A stretch of DNA of 64,000 nucleotides from Verrucomicrobiales bacterium. GTDB lineage: Bacteria; Verrucomicrobiota; Verrucomicrobiia; Verrucomicrobiales; V1-33. Below are positions 49,258-58,653 of the stretch, piece by piece. The position numbers were made by a program, and so were the translations under genes. The notes under the pieces are model-generated. The model was not told where the DNA came from. It saw only the letters and a program-made list of their open reading frames with translations, and searched no databases. The stretch covers positions 5,817 through 69,816 of the forward strand of contig JAQGPJ010000079.1 in assembly GCA_028293125.1 (NCBI GenBank), read 5' to 3'. Each line of letters starts with the position of its first letter. The first letter of the stretch is position 1.

Positions 49258-50301
49258 CTAAGGAGAAAACAGTGTTTCCTGGGGAATCAGCACCACACGG
49301 CGGTTTTTGGCCCGGCCCTCCTCATTGGCACTGGTGGCCACGGGGGCCAGAAAGGCGGCACCGACCGGGGTGAGGCGGTTGGCGGCGACCTTGTGGCCGG
49401 TGATGAGTTCTTGGACCACCGATTTGGCCCGGCGTTCAGAAAGATCGCGGCTCGCCTCCAGGGTGCCCGTGCGCTCGGTGTGGCAGACGATGTAAAGTTT
49501 CAGCGCGGGATCCTTCTGAAGCAGTTCGGCGATACGCTCCACTGAGGGGGCGGATTCGGGCAGCAGCGTGTCCTTGTCCGTCCCGAAAACGAGTCCGTAG
49601 AGGGTTAAACTGCCCGCGGAGCCGAGCCCCCGCAACATCTCGTCCGGATTCATGGCCTCCGGTCTGCCCGCCGGAGCCGCTCTCAATTCCGGGGCTGAGG
49701 CCTGAAGCTGATCGGCGGAGGGGGCAATGATATCCAGCTGCACCAGCGGCATTTTGACCTTCAGAATATTCTTCAGCGCCTCCGGCACCACCCCGTCCTT
49801 GAAGGAGGTGACGAACAGCACATAGTAAACGGAGTCCCCGCCTGTGCTGCGGGCGACGAGATATCGCTCTTCGGCTTCGTTGTAATCCAGGATCTGCCCG
49901 AGTTTGGCGCGCTGCTCCCAGCTGGAGTAGCCAGGTCCGAACCAGCCATCCATGTCAGGATCCGGGAAATACACGGTCTCGAGCCCCAGTTTGCCGAGTT
50001 CCGTCCGGTAGTGTGAAAAAATTTCCGACACACTGCGGGAGCTGTCGGTAACGAGGTAGGTCCAGCGGCTGACAAAACCCTGCAGCTTTCGGGAATCCGG
50101 GCCGAAGGGGTTCACATTGCCAAAGGACCGGCTGCTGCCGGTGGAGTAGTAGTACTCATCCTGGCGGGGGCTCTGGTAGCCGACGATGCTGGAGCCGGTC
50201 CAGCGCTGGAGACCGGCCGGATCCCGGGAGCCGGGCACGTCCGCTCCGGAGGCGTGCAATCCGAGAGCGAAAAGTACGTAAAAGATCAGAAGCCGGCGCA
50301 T
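49258..50301 (-). CDS. OmpA-family protein (N-terminal unknown domain plus C-terminal OmpA-like peptidoglycan-binding domain)
   Basis: ATG at 50301 gives the signal peptide MRRLLIFYVLFALGLHASGA. C-terminal part LYIVCHTERTG..SRDLSERRAKSVVQEL..NRLTPVGAAFLAPVATSANEEGRAKNRRVVL. Confidence 0.8.
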   Translation of the reverse strand: MRRLLIFYVLFALGLHASGADVPGSRDPAGLQRWTGSSIVGYQSPRQDEYYYSTGSSRSFGNVNPFGPDSRKLQGFVSRWTYLVTDSSRSVSEIFSHYRTELGKLGLETVYFPDPDMDGWFGPGYSSWEQRAKLGQILDYNEAEERYLVARSTGGDSVYYVLFVTSFKDGVVPEALKNILKVKMPLVQLDIIAPSADQLQASAPELRAAPAGRPEAMNPDEMLRGLGSAGSLTLYGLVFGTDKDTLLPESAPSVERIAELLQKDPALKLYIVCHTERTGTLEASRDLSERRAKSVVQELITGHKVAANRLTPVGAAFLAPVATSANEEGRAKNRRVVLIPQETLFSP

Positions 50302-50534
50302 ACGGAAAAGGGGGGAAGCGGATGCGCAGCCACCGCGTGGCACATCCATGCCCTTATTCGCGGGAGGGATTTTGGGATTACCAAAATTCTCCGGTCAAAA
50401 TAAGGACTGTGGAAATTCGCGGAACCTGCTCCGAAGATGATCTGGACAGAGGTGAAGGACAGCGCATGGGGCCGGACTTTGAGCACTGCAAAGTCCACCC
50501 CCGGATCCTTTTCATTTCCTCGGGCGGAGATGGG

Positions 50535-51926
50535 TCAGCTGTCCGCCGCTGGGGCGGCTGCAGCGGCGGCCTGCTCCTCGTGCTTCCGCCGTTTGCGGTA
50601 AATAGTGGCGGCATCAATGCCGAGAATCCGGGCAGCCTCCTGAATGGTTGGGGTGGCCTCCACCACACGGCGGATGTGCTCGCGCTCCAGTTCCTCCAGC
50701 GTGATCATGGAGCCCACCCCGGGGACGCCCGCCCGGCCGCCCAGGCCGGTGGAGCCATTGGCATCCTGCACGCCCTGGGGCAGATCCTTGGGCAGAATTT
50801 CGGGGCCGGAGGAAAGAATCACCGCGCGCTCAATGCTGTTGCGCAGTTCGCGGAGATTGCCCTGCCACGGATGGGAGAGAATGCATCGCACGGCCTCGGC
50901 AGAGAATTTTTTCACATTCCGCTTCATCTGGCCGGCGAAGAATTTGAGATAGTTCTCCGCAAACACCAGAAGATCTGAAGGCCGGTCCCGCAGCGAGGGC
51001 ATGGTGACCGTAATGACGTTCAGGCGGTAGAAAAGGTCCTCGCGGAAGCGGCCGGCGGCGACCTCCTTCTCCAGATCGCGGTTGGTGGCGGCAATGACGC
51101 GCACTTCCGCGGTGCGGGTTTTATTTTCCCCCAGACGCTCGTATTCCCGCTCCTGCAAAAGGCGCAGCAGCTTGGGCTGGAGCTCCAGCGGCAGCTCGCC
51201 GATCTCATCCAGAAACAACGTGCCGCCCTCCGCGGCCTTCACTTTTCCCCAGTGGTCCTTGATGGCACCGGTAAAGGCCCCTTTGACGTGGCCGAAAAGA
51301 TCGCTCTCCAGCAGTTCCTTGGAAAGACTGGGGCAGCTGACAGTGACCAGCGGTTTGTCCTTCAGGTGGCTGGCAGCATGCACCGCGCGGGCGGCGACGC
51401 TTTTACCGGTGCCGCTCTGGCCCAGAATGAGGATGGATGCGGAACTGGTGGCTGCCCGGAAAAGCAGATCCAGCACGCTCTGGACAGAGGGATCCTGGGA
51501 GGAGAACTGGGGCTCCACATTCTGGGAGCGCACCTCCGTTTCCAATTCGGCGACGCGGGTCTCCAGATGCCGGGTTTTCTGGGCCAGGGCCAGCACGTGG
51601 CGCAGGCGCTCCAGATGGAACGGTTTTTCGATGAAATCGATGGCCCCGCGCCGGGTGGCCTCCACGGCGGTGGCGATAGTTGCCTGAGCGGTGAACATGA
51701 CCACAGGCTGCGAGGGATTCTGCTTCTTGATGGCACTGAGCACATCCAGCCCGTTCTCATCCCCCAGCATGAGGTCCAGGATAACGAGGTCAAATTTATC
51801 CTCGCGCAGACGGGTCAGACCCTGGGCGCTGGTCTCCACTCCCTCGCCATAGTGGTCCAGGCTTTCCACCGCCATCAGGGTAGCCTCGCGCACCGAGCGG
51901 TCGTCATCGATAATCAGAATGTCCAT
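50535..51926 (-). CDS. Sigma-54-dependent response regulator (NtrC family: REC-AAA+-Fis HTH)
   Basis: REC domain ([20 protein letters not shown]). Walker A GQSGTGKS and the GAFTGA motif in [11 protein letters not shown]. Also [11 protein letters not shown]-terminal [24 protein letters not shown]. Confidence 0.9.
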   Translation of the reverse strand: MDILIIDDDRSVREATLMAVESLDHYGEGVETSAQGLTRLREDKFDLVILDLMLGDENGLDVLSAIKKQNPSQPVVMFTAQATIATAVEATRRGAIDFIEKPFHLERLRHVLALAQKTRHLETRVAELETEVRSQNVEPQFSSQDPSVQSVLDLLFRAATSSASILILGQSGTGKSVAARAVHAASHLKDKPLVTVSCPSLSKELLESDLFGHVKGAFTGAIKDHWGKVKAAEGGTLFLDEIGELPLELQPKLLRLLQEREYERLGENKTRTAEVRVIAATNRDLEKEVAAGRFREDLFYRLNVITVTMPSLRDRPSDLLVFAENYLKFFAGQMKRNVKKFSAEAVRCILSHPWQGNLRELRNSIERAVILSSGPEILPKDLPQGVQDANGSTGLGGRAGVPGVGSMITLEELEREHIRRVVEATPTIQEAARILGIDAATIYRKRRKHEEQAAAAAAPAADS

Positions 51927-52058
51927 GGAGGAGGATGAATGTGAAGTGTTCAGAATCCGGAAGGCGGAAGGGAAGTCCGGTTGAAACCTGTTCTCAATTA
52001 GAAATTGATGGGTGCCCGCTTTATATATTTCCCTGGAAAATCCGTTCTTTCCGCATCC

Positions 52059-53171
52059 CTAAGCGGGAGGAAGACACAGAGTAAATACAGCACCGCGGCC
52101 ATCCGGGTGGTTTTCGCCTTTGATGGTTCCATTGAGGCGCTCAGTCAACTTTTTCACAATGGCCAAGCCCAGGCCGGTGGAGCTTTCGCCCCCCGTGGGG
52201 CGGGCACTGAGGCGGCTGTATTTCTGGAAAAGGCCGGCATTGTCCTCGCGGGTGAAGCCGGGGCCCTCGTCCTCCACGATGCAGGCTGGCATTTCCCCGG
52301 GATTCTGGGCGATGCGCACATTGATGGTGCTGCCCGGAGGTGAAAATTTGAGGGCGTTGGAGATGAGGTTGTCCAGGATGTGGCGCAGGGCCTGGGCGTC
52401 GGCGAGAACAGTGATGGGAGTGTGTGGAGCGGTCAGCACCAGGCTGGAACGTTTAGCGGCGCTGTTGGGACGCAATGCGGCGATGGCACTGTTCACGGCG
52501 GTGAGCAGATTGACAGGCTGGAACGCCAGAGGAAATTCCGCCCGCTCGCGGGCCTTCTCCGACAGCAGACTCTCAATGCTGCTGCGCATCTCCGCCACGG
52601 TGGTCTCCACCTGGGTGGTGACCCGGCCGATGAAATGGGTGTCCGGCTGGGCCTTCGCCTGAAGCATCTGCATGCCGAGGCTGATGGCGGTGAGCGGATT
52701 TTTCATGTCGTGAGCCAGCACGGCCATCAGCTCATCCTTCTCCGTCAGCAGACGGGCGAGGTTGTCGCGCGAGGTCTTCAGCGCCAGATGGGTGCGCACG
52801 CGGGCAATGAGCTCCGCCTTGCGGAAAGGTTTGGTGATGTAATCCACTCCGCCGCTCTCCAAGGCGCGGACGATGAATTCCGACTCGTCGGCCGCGGAGA
52901 GGAAGATGACGGGCACCGCCGCGCACTCCGGCATGTGGCGCACCTGGGAGCACACTGCAAAGCCGTCCATGCCAGGCATGAGGACATCCAGCAGAATGAG
53001 GTCCGGCACCTGCGACGCCAGCCTTTCCAGCGCCTGCGCGCCGCTGGACGCGGGGATGACCTCATAGCCCTCGTCCATCAGGAATCCGCAGACGAGCTGA
53101 ACATTGGCCTCCTGGTCATCGACGACCAAAATGACAGGGGAGGTATGGGAGGCGGCAGGGCAGGTGCTCAT
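52059..53171 (-). CDS. Response-regulator receiver fused to histidine kinase (REC-HisKA-HATPase)
   Basis: ILVVDDQEANV..DLILLDVLMPGMDG is the REC domain. H-box LAVLAHDMKNPLTAI, N-box LDNLISNALKFSP and G-box GLGLAIVKKL. Confidence 0.88.
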   Translation of the reverse strand: MSTCPAASHTSPVILVVDDQEANVQLVCGFLMDEGYEVIPASSGAQALERLASQVPDLILLDVLMPGMDGFAVCSQVRHMPECAAVPVIFLSAADESEFIVRALESGGVDYITKPFRKAELIARVRTHLALKTSRDNLARLLTEKDELMAVLAHDMKNPLTAISLGMQMLQAKAQPDTHFIGRVTTQVETTVAEMRSSIESLLSEKARERAEFPLAFQPVNLLTAVNSAIAALRPNSAAKRSSLVLTAPHTPITVLADAQALRHILDNLISNALKFSPPGSTINVRIAQNPGEMPACIVEDEGPGFTREDNAGLFQKYSRLSARPTGGESSTGLGLAIVKKLTERLNGTIKGENHPDGRGAVFTLCLPPA

Positions 53172-55414
53172 TGGGAATCAATATGAACAGGAGCCAGCGC
53201 ATCCACGAGGGTAGGGAACCGCGCAAGCGTTCGTTCCATTCCAGAGATATGATAAGCGGTGGTTTCGGACTGCAGGGTGGAGGCGAACTTGTGCAAAGGC
53301 GCACAGTTCCACGTTTCCGCCAGATCCGCCAGTTCTTTGGCGAACCCTCCCACCGCCCGCACAGCCATGGTGCGGGTGAGGGCCGGCCAGCGTCCGGCCA
53401 GCAGTTCCCGCAGCTCTGCCGCCGCGGCTTCGGGCAGCAGCGTGACCGGGACCTGCTCCCCTCCGCCAGTGCCCTCCACTCCGGCTTTGGCGGACACGCC
53501 GGCGGGGGCGATCACGTCGCGCACCACTCCGATCAGCTGCTGGCGCAGGAAGGGTTTCCGGAGATAGCCGTTGAATGTGCCTCCGAAGTCATCCGGATGG
53601 GCTGAGAGGCTGGAGGCCGTGACCGCAATGACGGGCGTGCGTTCCAGATCGTGGTTGCGGCGGATGGCGGCGGCGGCCTCCCGTCCGTCCAGCCGGGGCA
53701 TCCGGATATCCATCAGAATAAGATCCGGACGCTCCCGCACGGACAGCTCCACCGCCTCCAAACCGTTGGTGCCGTAAATCACGGTGTGGTGGGTGTTGTG
53801 GAAAAATCCGCCCAGCACCTCGCGGTTGTAGGCGTTGTCATCCACGATCAGCACCTTCATGGGCGGCAGCGAGTTGAGGTCCCCGCTGGCCACAGGCTCC
53901 GCGGAAGGGAGGTCGCCGGAGGAGGGAATGGGAATGTCGGGAAGGTACAGGGTGAAGACGCTGCCTTTTCCCACGGTGCTCTCCACGGAGATGGAGCCGC
54001 CCATCATCTGGGCCAGGCGGCGGGTGATGCTCAGGCCCAGTCCAGTGCCCTGTTCCGAGTTCTCATCCTGGCGGCTTCCCTGCCGGAAAGGTTTGAAAAC
54101 CGCCTCCAGCTCGCCTGCAGGAATGCCGCGCCCGGTATCGGCCACTCGGATCTCCAGCGTCAGCGTGTCCGGCACTGTTCCCGGCCGGCCAGCCGCGCTC
54201 ACCGTCACCGTGCCGCAGGAGGTGAATTTCACGGCGTTGCTCAACAGGTTCAGCAGCATCTGGCGCAGGCGCAGCGGATCCATCAGCAGCCACCGCGGGC
54301 AGTTCTCCGCCACCTCCGTGCGCAGCGTCAGCCCCTTTTCGGAAACCCGCTGGGAGAGCAGGGTGCGCAGATTGCTGATCACCTCGCGCAGGTCGATGAC
54401 CTCCGCCCGCAGCTCCACCTTGCCAGCCTCGATTTTGGAAAGATCGAGCACGTCGTTGATCAGGCCCAGCAGGTTCTCGCCGGCGGAGCTGATAGCGGCG
54501 ACATAATGTTGGGCGCGGCTGGTCTGAACCTCGTCCCGCAGCAGCTGGCTGAAGCCCAGAATAGCATTCATGGGGGTGCGGATCTCATGGCTCATATTGG
54601 CCATGAACCGGCTTTTCTCCCGGTCCGCAGCGATGGCCCGGCGGCGCTGGATCAGCAGTCGGCGCTGCACCAGGGAGGCTTTGATGGCTTTCTGGAACAG
54701 CACCAGCACGTTGGCCCCGGCGGCGAGGCACAGGATTCCGCAGATGGTGATCAGCGAGGTCGTGACCCACACGCCGCGGATCTGACGGCGCTTCATGGCG
54801 TCCTGCACCAGATCCTCCCCCCTCAGGGCGTCCTCCACAATCTGGCGGGCTTCATTCATGGAGACCTTGCCGGCGTTGGAAAGCATCAGAGTCCGCGCGG
54901 CTTCGAACCCCTGCCCGTCCCGCGCCTCCAGCGACAGCCGCATATCCTCCAGCCTGCTCTGCACCACCAGCCGGAGACGCCGGGCGCGGCGCAGCTGCTG
55001 GGAATCGTCGGTGCACAGCGCCGTCAGCAGATTCAGGTGCTCCGGCAGCATCTGCGCCGCCGCTTTGTAGCCGCCGAGATAACTGGCATCCTGCGTCATC
55101 ACATAACCGCGCTGACTGGCCTCGGCATCCAGCAGCCAGCTGCGGATCTTCCAGAAGGCCAGGGTGCGCTGGTTGGATCCGGACAACTCTTCAATGAAAT
55201 GCCGGGTCTGGAACAGTTGGCTGATGGCCACTCCGAGCACCAGGGCAAGGCTGACGATGGCAAAGGCCAGCAGCTTGAAATTGCGGGTGTAAAGCACGCG
55301 GGACACGCCGGGAGTGGGTGGGGGTTGCCGGCCGGGGTGGCGTTCACCCTGCCTGGTGCCCACTATGAGCCGCTTGTTGCAGATTGCAAATTGCTGTCGG
55401 CGGACCTTGCGCAC
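53168..55414 (-). CDS. Hybrid sensor kinase (CHASE3-like sensor, HisKA, HATPase, REC, C-terminal HPt-like helix bundle)
   Basis: ANMSHEIRTPMNAILG is the H-box. Also NLLSNAVKFT and GTGLGLSITRRL. REC domain VLIVDDNAYNR..DLILMDIRMPRLDG. ATGA overlap with the downstream gene. The longest ORF starts at a GTG at 55414, and an alternative GTG at 55297 lies just before the TM segment. Confidence 0.85.
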   Translation of the reverse strand: MRKVRRQQFAICNKRLIVGTRQGERHPGRQPPPTPGVSRVLYTRNFKLLAFAIVSLALVLGVAISQLFQTRHFIEELSGSNQRTLAFWKIRSWLLDAEASQRGYVMTQDASYLGGYKAAAQMLPEHLNLLTALCTDDSQQLRRARRLRLVVQSRLEDMRLSLEARDGQGFEAARTLMLSNAGKVSMNEARQIVEDALRGEDLVQDAMKRRQIRGVWVTTSLITICGILCLAAGANVLVLFQKAIKASLVQRRLLIQRRRAIAADREKSRFMANMSHEIRTPMNAILGFSQLLRDEVQTSRAQHYVAAISSAGENLLGLINDVLDLSKIEAGKVELRAEVIDLREVISNLRTLLSQRVSEKGLTLRTEVAENCPRWLLMDPLRLRQMLLNLLSNAVKFTSCGTVTVSAAGRPGTVPDTLTLEIRVADTGRGIPAGELEAVFKPFRQGSRQDENSEQGTGLGLSITRRLAQMMGGSISVESTVGKGSVFTLYLPDIPIPSSGDLPSAEPVASGDLNSLPPMKVLIVDDNAYNREVLGGFFHNTHHTVIYGTNGLEAVELSVRERPDLILMDIRMPRLDGREAAAAIRRNHDLERTPVIAVTASSLSAHPDDFGGTFNGYLRKPFLRQQLIGVVRDVIAPAGVSAKAGVEGTGGGEQVPVTLLPEAAAAELRELLAGRWPALTRTMAVRAVGGFAKELADLAETWNCAPLHKFASTLQSETTAYHISGMERTLARFPTLVDALAPVHIDSQ

Positions 55415-55509
55415 ATTGCCCGCTGTTTCCGCTGGCGGCGTGAGGTGGAAAAAGGGGATTAAGATGTAATCCGTTCGTAATCAATGTCTGAAAACGGACT
55501 TCGCTATCC

Positions 55510-55525
55510 TGGCATCGGGAATGCA
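55510..55525 (+). promoter_or_regulatory. Candidate sigma-54 (-24/-12) promoter
   Basis: TGGCATcgggaATGCA has GG and GC at the canonical 10-nt spacing of TGGCAC-N5-TTGCW. It lies about 80 nt upstream of the DUF1328 ATG, in the divergent intergenic region next to the operon encoding the sigma-54 activator. Confidence 0.3.
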
Positions 55526-55604
55526 GACAGAAGTCCAGACCTACGGCCACTGGATGCTCCAGGAAAACCGGCGGTCCGCCCAACACAAAACCTATCACAA
55601 AGCC

Positions 55605-55766
55605 ATGCTCTCCTGGACCGTCACTTTCATCGTTGTTGCCCTCATCGCCGGGGTTCTCGGATTCACCGGTATCGCCGGAGCTGCCGCCGGTGTCGCCAAG
55701 ATCTGCTTCTTCATCTTCCTCATCCTGTTCATCATCTCCCTGATCCGCGGAAGAAAAACGATCTGA
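55605..55766 (+). CDS. DUF1328 (YtjA/UPF0391) small membrane protein
   Basis: ATG at 55605 gives [51 protein letters not shown], near-colinear with E. coli YtjA as I remember it. Confidence 0.75.
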   Translation: MLSWTVTFIVVALIAGVLGFTGIAGAAAGVAKICFFIFLILFIISLIRGRKTI

Positions 55767-56133
55767 ACGCGGAAAGGCTGGTCAAACCTGCCGACCCCGC
55801 TTGTAATTCTATTTTGCCCGCAGCACCAACCTGCTCCCACCGCCCGCCATGACGTCCACCAAAAGCTATAATCTCCACGCTGGTATTCTGATGACGGTTC
55901 TTGTTGCTTCCGCATTCGTTGTGCACCGGCACGCGAAGGAACACTGCTTGGTGGGTGCCTCCTATGCTGCGCAGGAGGCGGAAGTCAGCGGGGGTGGTGA
56001 GCGGGCCGCCGACGGACAGATTATGGCCGGGAAACCCTAAAGCCTTCAAGCCCGCTGACCGCGTCACGCGCGAAAAAAAGTCCCGTCACGGCCCGCCTTT
56101 TCCAAGCCAAGCAATCCTAACTCCAAAGCCCTT

Positions 56134-56670
56134 ATGAAAATCAAGAACGACTTCACCACCCAGCTCCTTCTCGGTGTCATCGCCACCGGCGTGACAGCCC
56201 TCACTGCCCTCGCCTTTGAACGCCGCTACAGCCTGCAGCAGCGAAGCTATGGCGATGATCCTGAACGCTTTGGCGATGATGTGCTGGACACGGTCGACCG
56301 CGCTGGTGATGCCGTCAGCCGCGGTGCCAGCCAAGTGCGCCGCTCCGCCAATGAGGCCGGACGCGATTTCCGGGAGGGAGCTTCCAACCTCAAAGACCGC
56401 TTCGAGGACGGAGTGGACCATCTCCGCGACAAAGCCAGCAACCTGAAGGAACGCTTTGTGGAGGGTTTTGACAATGCCCGCGATCACCTGCGCAACGGAG
56501 CCGAAAAACTCAAGGATGGCTTGAAGGATGGTGCCCAGCACCTGAAAAGCGGCATCCGTGACGGTGCGGAGGAAATTCGCAGCGGTGCTGAAAAAGGCGC
56601 TGAAGAAGTCCGCGATGCCAGCAAGGACGCTTCCCAGGATGCCCACAAAGCAGCCGATGCCGCCAAGTAA
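56134..56670 (+). CDS. Membrane-anchored repetitive amphipathic-helix protein (YtxH/LEA-like stress protein)
   Basis: N-terminal TM segment LLLGVIATGVTALTALAF, followed by iterated motifs such as ASNLKDRFEDGVDHLRDKASNLKERFVEGFDNARDHLRNGAEKLKDGLKDGAQHLKSGIRDGAEEIRSGAEKGAEEVRD. Confidence 0.6.
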   Translation: MKIKNDFTTQLLLGVIATGVTALTALAFERRYSLQQRSYGDDPERFGDDVLDTVDRAGDAVSRGASQVRRSANEAGRDFREGASNLKDRFEDGVDHLRDKASNLKERFVEGFDNARDHLRNGAEKLKDGLKDGAQHLKSGIRDGAEEIRSGAEKGAEEVRDASKDASQDAHKAADAAK

Positions 56671-56748
56671 CGCCAGTGGTTCCCAGCCACTTGGAGCCTT
56701 TATCTCCAATCCCCCCGGATACCTTCACCTCCAAAGCTCTCCCATCTG

Positions 56749-57933
56749 ATGAAATATCCTCTGACTTCCCGGATCGGCATTCTTGCAGAGGAGGTGAAGG
56801 CCTTGGCGGCGGGACACTGGGCCATGCTCCGCTTGGAAATGGCGGGCAAGGCGAGGATGACCAAAAAGCAGACTATCATGGCAGTGGCCGGAGCGGCTGC
56901 CGCCCTGACCGCAGTGCTGCTGGTGCTTTTCAGCATCACCCTGCTGCTCAGTCAGCTGTTGGTATCCTTCGCCCACTGGCCCGCTCCCGCCGCTACGGGA
57001 GTATCCGCTTTGGTTATTGCCGTGGCCGCCGGAGCAACAGGCCTTATCCTTATTCGGAATGCGGTCAGCGTCATCCAAAAGGAAGGAGTGGCTCCCAAGG
57101 AAACCATCCGTTCCCTCCGCCTTTCCGCCGCCACCCTGGCGGACCAGCCTCTTACAACACCCATCCCACCACCCAATACCATGAACACTCCCCGTCAATT
57201 CCGCAACGCTGTGAACCAAACTGCTGAAACTATCCAGGATCAGACCCGCCGTGCGGCCCGTGCGGCCCGCGACGCGGCCGACACTATTCATAACCGATTC
57301 GATCCCGGTGCTTTTTTCTCCAACGTCATGACTTGGGTGGATGACATCCTGAATCCCCAGAACCGGGCGCTGGCCACCCGCGCCTGGGCTGCGGCCTCCA
57401 TCCTTCCCCGCCGCCATCCCCTGCCCGCCGCTTTGATTGGCTTTGGTGCCGCCTGGGCTCTGTGGCGCAAAATGCAGGATGAGAATGCCCAGCAGGCTGT
57501 CGAGTCCTTTGCCGCCACCAGTGCCAAAACCGCGCAGGATTTGGTGAATGAAAGTAACAAGGCGGTGAAGAGAGGTTACCGCGCCGCCACTGAGGGTGCC
57601 CAAGCCGCCGTCCGCGCCGGACAGGATGTCCGCAACTCTTTTGTCGATGCCGGCCACCGCTGGGCGGACTCCGGCCGCCATGCCGCCTCCACTTTAAAGG
57701 AGGCCACCCATGAGGCCGCCGAGCGCGCCCGTGAAGTTTATGATGAGGCCCGTGAGTATGTCACTGACAGTGTTGAAACCATGGCCGACACTGCCAAGCG
57801 CCTTCGCAAGGATGCGGAGCAGGGCATGCAAAAAGCCAAAGAATTCGCCAAAGAGGAGCCTATGCTGGCGATTGCCGGAGGTCTAGCCCTCGCTGTGGGA
57901 GCTGTGCTCCTTGTGAAAAGTTCCCGCCGTTGA
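56749..57933 (+). CDS. Membrane protein with holin-X/DUF1469-like N-terminal hairpin and C-terminal TM
   Basis: LAEEVKALAAGHWAMLRLEMAGKARMTKKQTIMAVAGAAAALTAVLLVLFSITLLL..ALVIAVAAGATGLILI is followed by a long helical A/R/E-rich region. The final TM segment is MLAIAGGLALAVGAVLLV. Confidence 0.6.
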   Translation: MKYPLTSRIGILAEEVKALAAGHWAMLRLEMAGKARMTKKQTIMAVAGAAAALTAVLLVLFSITLLLSQLLVSFAHWPAPAATGVSALVIAVAAGATGLILIRNAVSVIQKEGVAPKETIRSLRLSAATLADQPLTTPIPPPNTMNTPRQFRNAVNQTAETIQDQTRRAARAARDAADTIHNRFDPGAFFSNVMTWVDDILNPQNRALATRAWAAASILPRRHPLPAALIGFGAAWALWRKMQDENAQQAVESFAATSAKTAQDLVNESNKAVKRGYRAATEGAQAAVRAGQDVRNSFVDAGHRWADSGRHAASTLKEATHEAAERAREVYDEAREYVTDSVETMADTAKRLRKDAEQGMQKAKEFAKEEPMLAIAGGLALAVGAVLLVKSSRR

Positions 57934-57953
57934 AACCCCGCGGCGGACCAATC

Positions 57954-58010
57954 GCCCGGGCCAGCCTCAGTCCAACCTCTACTGATGGCAGGCCCGGGCT
58001 TTTTCTTTTC
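57954..58010 (+). terminator. Possible terminator (long-loop hairpin plus T-tract)
   Basis: gcccgggcc ... ggcccgggc 9-bp stem with a 28-nt loop, followed by tttttctttt. Confidence 0.4.
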
Positions 58011-58080
58011 TCGTCCCTTCCGCTTCACCGGACCAGCGGAAATTGATCCGGAAGAAACACACCCATAAAACATCACCACC

Positions 58081-58560
58081 ATGAATTCCCTGCAAAAATT
58101 GTTTGAAGATCAGTTGGCCGATATTCTCTATGCTGAAAAACAGCTCGTGAAAGTCCTTCCCAAGATGGCCAAGGCCGCGGAGCATGAGCATTTGAAAGCC
58201 GCGATTACGAAACACCTTGCTGAAACCAAGGTCCAAGTAGAACGCTTGGAGCAGGTCTTTGAATCCATCGGCAAAAAAGCACGCGCCAAAAAATGCGAGG
58301 CCATCATTGGCATTCTCACGGAAGGCAGCGAAATCACCGCGGAGTTTGCCGGTGTTGACGCCGCCGTGATTCTGGCCTGCCAGAAAGTCGAGCACTATGA
58401 GATAGCCACCTACGGCTGTCTGGTCACGTGGGCGAAATTGCTTGGTCACAAGCAGGCGGCCACCCTGCTCGGCCAGACCCTTGGCGAGGAGGAGAAAACG
58501 GATGCCGGACTCAGCGAACTCGCTGAGACAGTCTGCAACCAAGAGGCTGTGGAGGCTTGA
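58081..58560 (+). CDS. DUF892 ferritin-like protein (YciE/YciF family)
   Basis: LFEDQLADILYAEKQLVKVLPKMAKAA..LKAAITKHLAETKVQVERLEQVF..EHYEIATYGCL is characteristic of YciE/YciF. Confidence 0.85.
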   Translation: MNSLQKLFEDQLADILYAEKQLVKVLPKMAKAAEHEHLKAAITKHLAETKVQVERLEQVFESIGKKARAKKCEAIIGILTEGSEITAEFAGVDAAVILACQKVEHYEIATYGCLVTWAKLLGHKQAATLLGQTLGEEEKTDAGLSELAETVCNQEAVEA

Positions 58561-58653
58561 GCCCATTCCGGGTTTACCCTTGACTTTGGACAGGGGCCGG
58601 GCCGTGCGGTGCTTACTCCGCCCGCACGGCCCTTTTGTCTTCTTTTCCCATCT

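Noticed and set aside
55849-56040. 63-codon ORF (MTSTKSYNLHAGILMTVLVASAFVV...) in the gap between the DUF1328 and LEA-like genes
   Set aside because: One hydrophobic segment and a location in a stress cluster make it conceivable. There is no homology signal I can recognise and no clear RBS, so the support is insufficient to call it.
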